A program made the position numbers and the translations under genes. Shown here one piece after another: positions 52,246-64,000 of a stretch of 64,000 bases of DNA. Source of the DNA: Tubulanus polymorphus. Lineage: Eukaryota; Animalia; Nemertea. The notes beneath the pieces are model-generated. The model worked only from the letters and a program-made list of their open reading frames with translations. It searched no databases and was not told the DNA's origin. Position 1 is the first letter of the stretch; each line of letters begins with the position of its first letter. The stretch spans positions 15,984,275 to 16,048,274 of the forward strand of contig NC_134032.1 of NCBI RefSeq assembly GCF_964204645.1, read 5' to 3'.

Positions 52246-55200
52246 TTATTTGTTGCTGACGTCAACCACGTTCGATAACTTCCGGCTTGTAGTGTCGACG
52301 CCTTTCCTGTTGAATAGAATTGAAAAGTTTTCATGGTGTTTAAAACGAATTCGGGAAAAGGGTGCTGCGGTGAGGGAGGAGGGCGAATGCCCGGGGTGGG
52401 GGCGGACGGAGGTTTTTTGAGACGGTGTTTCATGGTTGTACTCACTTGCCGAAATTTTCACCGTCTGCGATCGATTCAGGAAGTTTATAATGAAGTGTTT
52501 CCGGAAGCAGTAGTGTCAGAATCCCAGCCGTTAACGACATACCTCCGAAAAATATAAACGGCAACGGCGTCCATACTTTATTCTGAAATTTATACCAGAA
52601 CTAAAGAATTTCACACCGGCGTGAACTCCTCCATGCAAGTTTAATTCGAAATAAAAATGAAAATGCTCTCTTGAGTCAATCCGTAACATTTTGTAAGTTA
52701 ACTATAATTGTGAAAAGATTTATTGTCAGAGATATTTGGAAATATAGCAACCTGTACGATTCACAGGGCACCTGTTAATTGGCCAGTGGCCGTTGACCTG
52801 TGCAGAATATCAGGTGCCCTTCTAAAATCCGTAATACAGTGGAAAATGTGCTGGATCGGCCCCTGATTCAGGACGGAGGTCATATTGGAGACTTGGGCAA
52901 ACTTGGACTTTGTGAATCAAAATCAAATAAGACAGTCTTTAATAGGTGAAATTCGTTGAAATATGTGGATAGTGGGTGATGTTGTAAAAAAATCCATACC
53001 AAATCAGTAATGAACGGAGCAAGGAGGCCTCCGATACGTGCGCACATCGAACCGGAGCCAACCCCTACGTTGCGGACTACTGTCGGGAACAGTTCGGCAG
53101 AGAAGACGTAGACAATTGCGAACGAAGCGGAGATGGCGAATTTTCCGCTCATCGCCAGCGCTGTTTTAACCGTGTAATAATCTAAAAATAGAAACCAATC
53201 AAAAAGTGTGTTATTGGAGTGCAGAGACGTCCTACTGCGGCAATCGAGGATCTCGCCGGCTTGTGGCAAGCGAGAATCCACCAGGTGTCGCTAGTACGTG
53301 TTCGGACAACGATACCGAATTTCATTTCGGTTTCAATTGAAACATTGCAGAAACCCGTCATTGCTGCTTTTCAGCTATTTTCATTATTATTGGATATTTT
53401 TCTCCTTTCTGGACATTTTGCACAAATGTGCATAATTCTTGACGTTACCAATCCTTCCGAAAAAATCATCAGATCATCCTCGGGATCACTTTTCTACAAA
53501 TACTCATCGGGTTCCAATAGATGGCGCAATTTTTGTTATTTTTTTCGAATTCTACGAATGAAAAATAATATAAATGGCGCCATATATTGCAACCCTATGA
53601 GTATTTGTAGAAAAGTGATCCCGAGGATAGTATGGTGATTTTTTTCGGAAGGTTTGGTAACGTTAAGAATTATGCACTTTTGTTAAAATGTCCAGAAAAG
53701 AGAAACATATCCAATGATTGTTAAATATAGCTGCAAAGCAGCAATAACAGGTTTTCTGCAATATCTGGTTACTCTTGTTTGGAAACAATGAATCCTTATT
53801 TCATTTCTTCAGTCCCGTCTTATGCTTAATTAAGGAAATAAATCACCGCGATTGAACCGATGGTGCCACCTACCGCGAGGAAGAGGAGTTATTGCTAGAC
53901 AAACGACGCCACCTAGTATGAGACAGCCGGCTAACGGCCACCGCCGCCCGACTTTGTTAACGATGGCGATTGCCAGGAAATAAGCCGGAATTTCTACTGC
54001 TGCCGATATGAAAGTGTTCAGATATAAACTGCCGGCCAATTGCGAACCAAGCATCGATAAACCATAATAAGCAAGACTATTCACAAACCTGGAATACGAT
54101 GAAATAATCTAAAGTCAAATAATAAATCAGCAAACAATTATTCAGCAGTAGTTAAATGATTAAAAATGTAATTATTAAGTGTGAAATCCAGGTTCCGGTA
54201 TCCACATCCAGATCACAGTTCCACAGTTGTGAATCCACATCCACACTTTTCGGGTCTTGCTCTACGGAATTGAACGATTCCACAGTTCTGGAACCAGCTT
54301 CACAGTAGTATTGGACCTATTTCCACAATATACAGAACTCGGGTACAGAAGGCGCACACATTTTCGTCTTACCAATTAAACCAGATATTGATTGTTTTTC
54401 TGCGCATGTTCGGGGTTCGAACCAGATCCACTACAGTGTACTTTGCTCGTATAGAGGGCGCTAACGACGCATCGTTCGCGTCTAAGTTTCCAGAGACCTG
54501 TCAATTAAGATATAATTACAAATTCGTTTTCACTATTTGTCATCACAACTCGCAAACCGGATCTTTTCTACAATAATTCAGAAATTCGTTTTTTTTGTTG
54601 AGACCTCGTAATTTATGACGTCATTCTGAGTATGTTCGTTTTTCACACAGACTAACTCCTCGCCTGCCGCTGGTAGTTGTCGCGGCGTGTATTGAACTCC
54701 GTTGATTTTCGCAACTTTGCGAATGATTTTCTCGGCTTCCGCGTCGCGACCTTCAGATATCAACCAGCGAGGTGATTCCGGAACTACCCTACCGTCAAAA
54801 TCATTTACAGTCATAAATACTTACATTTCTGAATACACCTATTTCATCAAGGCGACCATTTTGGATCACGTGCGATTTTAGTCAGTTCTCGCGAGACTTG
54901 CGCTAAATGGTTCCCTTTAAGAAACATAAAAGCTGTGCCTACGTCTTGGGATCCATATCTGTGATCCAAGATGGCCGATAAATTAATATTATTTTTTTTG
55001 CAAGCGCACACCATTTCGGTAAAGTCTAGCATGGGCGAACTTCGGTTATCGGAGTTAGTCGACTAAGTCGCACTAAACGAAACCGAATGTCCGTTAGTCG
55101 GAACTATGGTCCGGAAATGGTCGAACACGGGATAGAGCGCGGTCGCTGTAGTTCGGGACCAGTTCCAAGATGGCCGACACTGTGAAACACGTTACGACCG

Positions 55201-58200
55201 AACTATAGTGCGTTCTGTTATTAGTCGACTAGCTACGAAAACCGAAGTTGGCCATGGCAGCCGACAAAATCCAAGATGGCCGCTCCGATATGAAGTACAG
55301 GCAAAACGTCCTAAAATATTTAGATATTTCACACAGATTTCACAGATCAATACTTACCAATAATAGCAGATGAATAGAACGTTAGGTATAGTTGAAACCA
55401 ACAGTAGATAATCATAGTCTCTGATAAAATAGGCGATTCCTGGTAATAACATGAAACCCATAGCGAACCATCCTTGAAAGAATATACCAGTTCCAGTACG
55501 AGCAGTAGTGCCTATCATCTCCATAGCTAAATCAAAAATCAATACAAATTAAAAGTTTTATTCATAAAACCATGAACTCATAGTTTGTGATTCAGTGTCG
55601 AAGTTCTGGAGCCAGTTCCACAGTCTGGACTCAGTTCTGCAGTTCTAGAGGCAGTTTCACAGTTCTGGACCACTTCCCAAGTTCTGGAGTGCTAGTTCCA
55701 CAGTTCTAGCCCCAGTTCCACAGTTCTGAACCCGTGAGCTCTACGGTAGATAGTTAGATAACTTACACATAACGAAAGCAGTTGTGAACGCCCCGGCGGC
55801 GCTGGCTCCTGTTAACAATCTCAATAGTACGAAGCTCCAATATTCGGGCGCGAAAGCAGCGACCGCTCCTGTCAATGTCATCGATAATAAACATCCCAAC
55901 AGCGTCTTTATTCGACCGAATCTAAAAACGAAATTGTTTTAGGAAAACTGATTTTTTTCGTCGTCAGATATCAAAATTTACTTCCTTTCTTGGAGTCGTC
56001 ACAGTTCCATCCATAGTCGCGGCTGAGACTTCAAGACCAGTCCAAGCTCGTTTCAATTCTATAGAAAATCGAACAACTTAAGGATGGTCTAAACTCATTT
56101 TGGTTCTATAACCAATCTAACAACTTAAGACCAGTCTAAGCTCATTTTGGTTCTATAACCAATCTAACAACTTAAAACCAGTCTAAGCTCATTTTGGTTC
56201 TATAATCAATCTAACAACTTAAGACCAGTCTAAGCTCATTTTAGTTCTATAACCAATCTAACAACTTAAGACCAGTCTAAACTCATTCTGGTTCTATAAC
56301 CAATCTAACAACTTAAGACCAGTCTAAACTCATTTTAGTTCTATAGGCCACATAGCCACTGAATATCTGTTTTAAGATTTCCACTTTAGGGCGTAAGTCT
56401 CGACTTAGTAAGGGAGTCTGATCTATGGTGTATGGCTATCTATCTATTGATTTCAATCAATAATGTGCATCTATAAAACCGTTTTACCGTTTTACCTGTC
56501 AGATATGCCTCCAAATATGATAGCGCCCAACATGTAACCAATCATATAGATCGTCTGCGACATCGGAAGCAGCCATTGTTTACTGCAGACGAGATTCCAC
56601 TGAAAACAACAACAGTAGTGTATTTTTAACTGTGGAAAAATGATTGCCCTTTATAGAATTGAGAAATGTCCACGCTGATAGTCACAACACCAGACTGGTC
56701 ACAAGTCACTACGTCTGATTGGACACTAGTCACCACCACACCTGACTGGTCACCAGTCCTAGTCTAGTCTCCACAATGACCAGACTAACTTACAAACTTT
56801 ATCGTTCGCTACTGGTCTATGGCCTAGTGGTTGGCATGCTCGCCTGACATACCGGAGATCCCAGATTCGAGGCTGGGGTTAGGGTTATAAGGTAGTTAGT
56901 ATTATCGATATCAGTAGGGCATTGCCATAGTCTGATTGGTTTTTTTGCTGAATAATAAAGGCACTTTTTATTGATTCAAAAAAATTGAATTCATCTTATG
57001 AATTCATCTTCATCTTATTCATCGGGAATTAATGGGTGTTTCATTTATTACTGTGCATATGGAACTGCCTGGGACACCCTGCACAGGTGTGATATCAAGC
57101 CGTCACGCTCAAAATTCGCCTGTGAGTGCTCAAAACAATATGTTTAATGGGTCTTGAAATAGTTAACGCGTAAAATTCTGCGTAACGCAACTGAATATAT
57201 CCGGTTATGTAAATACGACAGGCTTCTAAAAACGGGTAAAGGGGCCACAACTCATTCACAGTAATGTACACATGTCATAAGGATTTGAGAATAAATACAC
57301 AATTCGGAAAAATTGTGTCAAATACATCTCGTCCAAAATGATGTAGGTTTAAGCTGTTTCGTTTAATGCGTCGCGACCTAAAGTTACGATTCTGTGGCCT
57401 GAAACTGGTTTTTTTAGTGAGTTAGGGCCAGCAATACTTATATTAACTATATACTTTGAAAGGTACAGACGAAACCCGATCCAACTATAGACTAGAAAAA
57501 AAAACGAATCCTATAGTCCAATTCAATTAACTAAAGTTTGATCTCACTTTTTTCAGTGGTCAACTTAAGACCAGTCTAAACTCATTTTAGTTCTATAACC
57601 AATCTAACAACTTAAGACCAGTCTAAACTCATTTTGGTTCTATAATCAATCTAACAACTTACGACCAGTGTAAATTCATTTTGGTTATATGACCAATCTA
57701 ACAACTTAAGACCAGTCTAAGCTCATTTTGGTTCTATAACCAATCTAACAACCTAAGACCAGTCTAAACTCATTTTGGTTCTCTAACCAATCTAACAACT
57801 AAAGAAGATCAGATAGGCCCTATACGGCAACAATTTGATTGTGGAACTCTCTGGTTTCTGGTGTTTTGGAGGATACGGATAGTGTTTTACGACACGACGG
57901 TTATTATGTGTATTCCGGTAAATGACGGGAATTGTTGCGCACACTACTGATAAACGCGACGTTAATAAAAACAACGACACGAGTTCAGTGGTGAAAATCA
58001 CAATGAAATAGAGTGCGGCGCTGTAATTAACTCGCTGTAATTAGGGGTGTATTTATTTACGCGTTTGCTGTGAAACTGGGTCACATTGACCTGCATTTTT
58101 AAAGCCACACTAAAAATTGCTACTTTTCGTGTATTTCTGTGAGAGCCAAAGTGTGAAAAACAGAAATCGAGGCGTGAGAGTTCTACATTAGATTTGGCGG

Positions 58201-59298
58201 CGCAGTCCTTTTACGAAAACTGATCATCATAACTTCACCCAGGACCCGGTTCCACAGTTTTAACAGTCTTTTGGGGGTACAGGGTCCAGACAGCTGGAGG
58301 GGTACAGGGTACAGACAGCTGAGGGGAACAGGGTCAAGACAGCAGATTGTCTGAGGGGGTACAGGGTCCACACAGCTGAAGGGGTACAGGGTACAGACAG
58401 CTGAGGGGGTACAGGGTCAAGACAGCAGATTGTCTGAGGGGGTACAGTGTCCAGACAGCAGATTGTCTGAGGGGGTACAGGGTCAAGACAGCTGAGGGGG
58501 TGCAGGGTACAGACAGCTGAGGGGGTACAGTGTCCAGACAGCTGAAGGGGTACAGTGTCAAGAAAGCAGATTTTCTGAGGGGGTACAGTGTCCAGACAGC
58601 AGATTGTCTGAGGGGGTACAGTGTCCAGACAGCAGATTGTCTGACGGGGTTAAGTGTCCAGACAGCAGATTGTCTGACGGGGTACAGGGTACAGACAGCA
58701 GATTGTCTGAGGGGGTACACAGGGTAAACAGCAGATTGTCTGAGGGGGTACAGTGTCCAGACAGCAGATTGTCTGACGGGGTTAAGTGTCCAGACAGCAG
58801 ATTGTCTGACGGGGTACAGGGTACAGACAGCGGATTGTCTGAGGAGGTGATGGATGGTGGGAAGGCAGGGGGCGCTGCGATACATACCTCGGATCCTATA
58901 GTTGATGATATAACGCTTGTATCGTGTTCCCAGCCGTTACTACACCAGCCCTGCGCCAACAACGTCTCATTAACAGCGATACTGCTATTAAAATCTGTAA
59001 TGGCGCTATAATTTCTGAAATACTGTTTACACCGACTGTATCGCTCTACGCCTTGTTTGGTCTCTTTCGGGATGCTCTGTCTGAGGCGGTCTTCGAGACT
59101 GACGGTTGACGAATTCAAATGGTCGAACTCGGGTATGTAACACCAATGGTCGAGATCGGCCGCCAGGAAGACGACGGCTAGATTCTGTAGGCCGACAGGT
59201 ATGCCGACAAGTCCGACGAGCACGTAGAATAACTTTTGGTACAGTCCGAACCCCCCGATTTCAACCAAAACCTGATCGAAATCGATGACGGTTTTCAT
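52246..59298 (-). CDS. SLC22-family organic cation transporter (MFS)
   Basis: Exons: 59298-58888 ([16 protein letters not shown]...HWC...WEHD...TIGSE), 56599-56496 (WNLVC; 104 bp), 55921-55767 (155 bp), 55526-55358 (169 bp), ~54788-54650 (PESPRWL; donor uncertain), ~54497-54372 ([10 protein letters not shown]), ~54088-53872, ~53181-52999 (AELFPTVVR), 52582-52446 (LLLPET), 52306-52246. PolyA signal on the minus strand near 52176. Confidence 0.93.
53344..53763. mobile_element. ~420-bp imperfect palindrome (foldback element) in an SLC22 intron
   Basis: ATTGCAGAAA...CCTCGGGATCACTTTTCTACAAATACTCAT is mirrored by ATGAGTATTTGTAGAAAAGTGATCCCGAGG...TTTCTGCAAT. Confidence 0.85.
58270..58845. repeat. 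33-bp (and shorter) tandem array at the start of SLC22 intron 1
   Basis: Unit GGGTACAGTGTCCAGACAGCAGATTGTCTGAGG. Confidence 0.92.
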
Positions 59299-60754
59299 GT
59301 TAGCGATCGACGAGTTCGTGAACCGAACAAATCACCTAGATGTTTAAATACCGAATTATTTCTATAATGATAACCTTTTGCAATGGAAGCTCCGGTAACA
59401 ACGAATTCATCACCGGAACCAGAGAAAATATGTTAGTAATACCCAGTTGAATAAAATTGAACTGGGTTTTTACTTGAGACCAAATGCTATATTTGTAACG
59501 AATAAGAAATATTTCCTTTGATCTGATATTTTTGAATCTAGTCACACATGGAGATGGAAAGCTCGAGGAAAAATTTCGAAATTTTTTTTTGTTATTATAT
59601 AATTTTAGATTTTCATACCATCCTTACTACGACGGGCCTCTATATTTCGCTGTATTGAGAAAATGTCGGATCTGATTGAGAAAAAAAATAAAATTTCGTA
59701 GCCTACCTGAATTCGTTTGCGGACTGAACCACAATGAGTTCGAATAGAACAGTGTCACATCAATGGCCAAGGGCCCACGTGACTAACAGTTACAGCATTT
59801 TGGTTGGAACGAAACCAGAGCAAATACTGATTGAATAGTCCACAACCTGCAGTCAGTGCTAAGTAAAAACCCTTCAAGGTAGATGCGCATTCAGACACAA
59901 GTATTGTTTCTTTGAATTAACGAACTTTCTTTCTCGATTCCGTGAGCGCCGAACGCGCAAAAATATTCGTTACCCGATGCCGTTAATCAATCATGCTCCA
60001 GGTTTACGTTCCGGTTCTAATTCTGACTCAACTATGTTTTCCTTTTTTTCTGCGAGAAAAGTTACGTCGTCAAGATCCAACAAATACAAACAAACGTTGG
60101 AAAATGCAACCGGTTTATGATGAATGTCAGTGGAACAGCAGCCGCAGCAGTCTGTTGACCTATAAATAAATATCAGTGCCAAGTCCTTGGAAGAAAGCCA
60201 GGAGGAACAGGATCTTTGAACGTGTCCGTTTTTAACGTTCGGCTTTGTTGTTACAACGAAACAGGGATATTCCAAAAAAGGCTTAACTTTAAAAAAGAAA
60301 ACCGGTATCTGAATTGAGTTAAGTAATGATTTTATAATCGTTCTATTCAAATGATGAATAATATCATATTCGACCCGGCGTTGGCCCGCCTCGTAATCTT
60401 AGACCGGCTGGTAATGCCACCTACAAACGTTTCGTTCTAGAATTTTAACCCTAGATTGTTGCTCTTCGATTTAGGTCGAAGTGGCTTACAAGGTTGCTGT
60501 AATGCCTGACGCTAATCATCGCTTAGTTTAGAATGAGAGGTCGCGAGGTCATCTGGTAACTTATTGAGCACGTTCACGCTGCCTTGTAGACGATGGTATT
60601 GAAAACCCTAATTCATATGTCATGAATTGTTGATGATAAGGATTTAAGTTTTTAGATAGTAAAATATGTATCAAGGATGTAATTTAGAACATAATGATTG
60701 AACATTGCTCTGAAATGCATTTTAAAGTTATTTTATTGTACGCGAAAACGGTAT

Positions 60755-60875
60755 AGGCGCGGCGCGTTGTACTCCGTGCCACACTACAACTTCTACATAA
60801 CAACCCGGAAATAATAACGTAACATCCACTTCATCGATTCAAAGCCGGATAATACTTCTAAATACTGATCTATGT
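60755..60875 (+). promoter_or_regulatory. Probable POLR2K promoter and non-coding first exon
   Basis: CG-rich GGCGCGGCGCG and ETS-like CCGGAAAT near 60804, followed by donor GTAAGT at 60874. Acceptor ttttcAG at 61103 precedes the ATG exon. Confidence 0.5.
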
Positions 60876-61137
60876 AAGTAAAATTATTCAAAATATATTC
60901 AATTCGATCCGTTTTTCATGTCAAGCGTCGATCATTTTGTAGTTTTCTAGTTTAAAGCCGAATCTTACGATATGAATTGCTTGAATGGACCTAAAGTCGT
61001 ACTAATTACTGAACGAAACACTATCGAATCTATGATGCACGTTTAGAATTTCTAAACGCTCCCAAAGTACTGATTCCGTGATTTTCTTTTTGAAAATTTT
61101 CAGATATTCTTTGTCAGACTCGTAGTGAAAAAGGACC

Positions 61138-62489
61138 ATGGACACTCCAACTAGAGACCCACCTGTAAAACAAGCTCCTATGATATACATCTGCGGAGGT
61201 ATGGATGAACTATCATTCCATTGGGATGATAGTCAGTAATCTGTCTGTGGTTTTAGTTTCATGATCGGATATTTTCACAAACCACATAAGTAAAATAAGC
61301 CCATCCGATTATAAAAGCTTACCACCAACGAGTAGGTTACTGCAGTCGTTTCAAAAAGAAAATGAAACTGAACGACCTCTTTTAGAGAACACCAGTCGAT
61401 CCAGGGACAATATTAGTTCACATCTGCGATGAGAAGCTAACCAACCCGTACACCCCTAGCTTCACCAGGACCTCTAATTGCATACCCCTGCTGGTCTACG
61501 TAGCAGGATCTGAACTTATCACATTCCAAAGGCACTTTGATGTCCCCTAAGACTGGATCCTGCTAAGACCGGTAAGACTGGACTCAGCAGAGACCGGTAA
61601 GACTGGACTCTGCTGAGACCGGTAAGACTTGATCATCCTGAGACCGGTAAGACCGGACTCTGCTGAGATCGGTAAGACTGGACTCTGCTGAGACCGGTAA
61701 GACCGGACTCTGCTGAGACCGGTAAGACCGGACTCTGCTGAGATCGGTAAGACTGGACTCTGCTGAGACCGGTAAGACTGGACTCTGCTGAGACCGGTAA
61801 GACTTGATCATCCTGAGACCGGTAAGACCGGACTCTGCTGAGACTGGTAAGACCGGACTCTGCTGAGATCTGGTTGATAGATTGTTTTTAATGATTGTAT
61901 TTTTATTTTCTACAGAATGTCATAAAGAGAATGAGATTAAGGCGAGAGATCCGATTCGATGTCGAGAATGTGGTTATAGAATCATGTACAAAAAACGTAC
62001 GCGTAGAAGTATCCTTTTAGAAATAACCCTCCCTCCCCGCCCCCACCCCGCATGTCTTCAGAACAGATTCCCAGGTTCCCTTAAAATCCTTCTGAAAATA
62101 TCCCCGGGATGCCTTGCATGAATTCTTTTAAGAAGATGCCCCCTTCCATCATCAGAGCAGATGCCCTGGGGCTGGTTCCTTGGTTGAGATTTAAGTCCAA
62201 GAATGGTCTTAGATTTTAAGACTGGTCTTAAGTTGTTAGATTGGTTATAGAACTGAGATGGTCTTAGATTGGTCTTAAGTCGAAGCCATGACTATGGAAC
62301 TGGTCCCTAGTACCCTGAAGTTTGTTTTAACAAGGTTTGCACTGAAGCCTTCTAGAAGTGCCCCATCTCCTAAATATCGTTGACAATGTTACAATGATCA
62401 GTTGTTTTTAATCTATGACCTCTACAAAATTCAGCTAATTTTTTTATCTTAACTACAATAAAACAGTGGTGGTGTTTGACGCGCGGTGA
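61138..62489 (+). CDS. POLR2K: RNA polymerases I/II/III shared subunit RPABC4 (RPB12), 58 aa; coding exons 61138-61198, 61916-62008, 62467-62489
   Basis: [20 protein letters not shown]|[31 protein letters not shown]|MVVFDAR* is the recognisable zinc-ribbon RPB12 sequence. AATAAA at 62513-62518. Probable non-coding first exon ending at donor 60874. Confidence 0.97.
61545..61870 (+). repeat. 25-bp tandem array (~12 copies) in a POLR2K intron
   Basis: Unit GAGACCGGTAAGACTGGACTCTGCT, period 25. Confidence 0.92.
62009..62466 (+). other. U12-type (minor spliceosome) GT-AG intron of POLR2K
   Basis: 5' site GTATCCTTTT. Branch-like TATCTTAAC at 62445-62453, about 14 nt from the AG. No polypyrimidine tract between branch and AG. 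Confidence 0.88.
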
Positions 62490-63541
62490 GACCAACTTCA
62501 CGCCAGAAACTGAATAAACTCTACATTGCATTTTTCCTACGAATGTTTTTATTTGTAAAAAAAAATCGAAATAAAACCAAAGCAGAAAATAATTAAAATT
62601 TGAATAACGTTTTTGTTTACTCAAAACGAGAGGATTGTTTCTTGTTGTTAAGTCATGTTACCTCGCAGAGTTGAGACCGGTTCGTTCGAGTAACCTGACG
62701 ATACACACGCGCACACAAACACACTGACCGGTATCAAGAGTCCCACATTTTTGCGAAGTCCCCATTATGGAAACTTCAATGCCAACGACCTAGAGCTTAC
62801 GACTAATCAATTTGAACAGAAGGGGGTGGTGTACGCAGCAACAATGTAACTTGTAATCCGTTTTTGAAATCTTCAGTAAAATATCGACCTAAATCTTAAC
62901 CTTTGAATTCTTTGACGCATGGTTCGTGATTGGAGGTATATTAAGAGGACCAAAATAAATTCACAAACAGTTACAGTGCCAGTTATACGGAAATCCACAC
63001 GCACACACGCGCGTGGTCAACGTTTTGAAAATGTAAGTTTACGAAGCTATAAACGATTGAATTGAACAAAAATTGATAAAAAAGGCTAAAAGCAGTTGCG
63101 AAGATACTCGACATCCACCGCGTACCGGAGTAATCGCTCAATAGTTCAAAGATACGAAGTTGTTGAGTAAAGTAACCGAAAATTTGCTCAAAATATATAA
63201 AACCTTTAATTTAATCAACAACTTTACACTGAGTTATTGCGGGGTTTTTCTGAGTAAAGGCGTCTTTATAAATATCATTGGAAGTTTTCTTTGTTGCTTT
63301 CGTTATTTTCTTGTGTCACATGCGTGGAAAAATTGTTAATGTTGCAGAAATAATTTTGTAAATTTATTGTGGCTGTTCGTATGCGGCGTTTCAGCTTGAA
63401 AATGAAAAAATTGGGGATTTAGTTTGTTTGAAAGGGAAGATGTTTCCGGTAGTGCCCGTTTTAATGTGTATTCCCAAGAATTTCGATGATAAACTAGGAA
63501 TGCGTGATTATAATCAATATGATTTTTGTTTTAAAATCAGG

Positions 63542-64000
63542 ATGAAAGTTTCCATCACCATTGCTGTGATAAGTTTGACAGTTGTGTTCACCACTTCTTG
63601 GGCCACAGGTAAATTAGTTTATTATTCGGATCGTCTTTCGCGTGTTTACAACATGAATTCCTTGTTGATTGTTTTTATTTGATTTTATTCTCAGCCCCGG
63701 AAGAAACGACAGATGAGTTGAAAATGAAGCAGGCTGCGGCTGCTTGGTTGGATTTGACGAGACGCATTTCTGTCACCGTGCCGGCGGAAAACCGGCGTCT
63801 CGAAGCCTTGGAGGACCTGACGAGACGCGCCTCTGGTGAACCGCCGGAAGAAAATAGTCTCGAAGCCTTGGAGGACCTGGCGAGACACGCCTCTGGTGAA
63901 CCGCCGGAGGAAAATAGTCTCGAAGCCTTGGAGGACCTGACCAGACGCGCCTCTGGTCAACCGCCGGAGGAAAATAGTCTCGAAGCCTTGGAAGACCTGA
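63542..64000 (+). CDS. Secreted repetitive peptide precursor, 5' part only (exons 63542-63608 and 63695 to beyond 64000)
   Basis: Signal peptide MKVSITIAVISLTVVFTTSWAT, phase-1 intron 63609-63694, then an open frame APEETTDELKMKQAAAAWLDLTRRISVTVPAENRRLEALEDLTRRASGEPPEENSLEALEDLARHASGEPPEENSLEALEDLTRRASGQPPEENSLEALEDL running off the window. Confidence 0.8.

Noticed and set aside
59991-60350. 119-aa minus-strand ORF between SLC22 and POLR2K
   Set aside because: Non-ATG start, no motif and no convincing splice sites; probably promoter or intergenic DNA.

Overview
Intron-rich metazoan (invertebrate, probably lophotrochozoan; this is an inference) genomic DNA, not prokaryotic. Most six-frame ORFs are exon fragments or microsatellite artefacts. 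Splicing GT-AG exons by hand gives eight protein-coding genes: (1) an orphan secreted prepro-protein (+, 3174-4674, 3 exons, 195 aa); (2) a GH31 alpha-glucosidase with a type II anchor and two trefoil domains (-, 5082-14100, 20 exons); (3) a GPI-anchored Ly6/uPAR three-finger protein with an unusually long loop-1 insert (-, 15687-17796, 4 exons, 166 aa); (4) a GRL101-like GPCR with 12 LDLa modules, 7 LRR exons and a 7TM domain (+, 19951-43028, 25 exons); (5) a type I membrane protein with CUB + three PLAT-like domains (+, 45527 to 51218 or 51637); (6) an SLC22 organic cation transporter (-, 52246-59298); (7) POLR2K/RPB12 with a U12-type minor intron (+, 61138-62489); (8) the 5' part of a secreted precursor built from 20-aa acidic repeats separated by dibasic RR sites (+, 63542 to window end). 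Non-coding DNA is dense in short TIR elements (several with CAG/CTG target duplications), a tRNA-headed element with TTAGGG-like tails, long palindromes and minisatellites. Several minisatellites are seeded exactly on splice donors or a stop codon. The best candidates for novelty are the two orphan secreted precursors, the CUB-PLAT receptor, the three-finger protein and the decoy splice-donor arrays. All gene models are manual and none has been checked against transcripts or databases.
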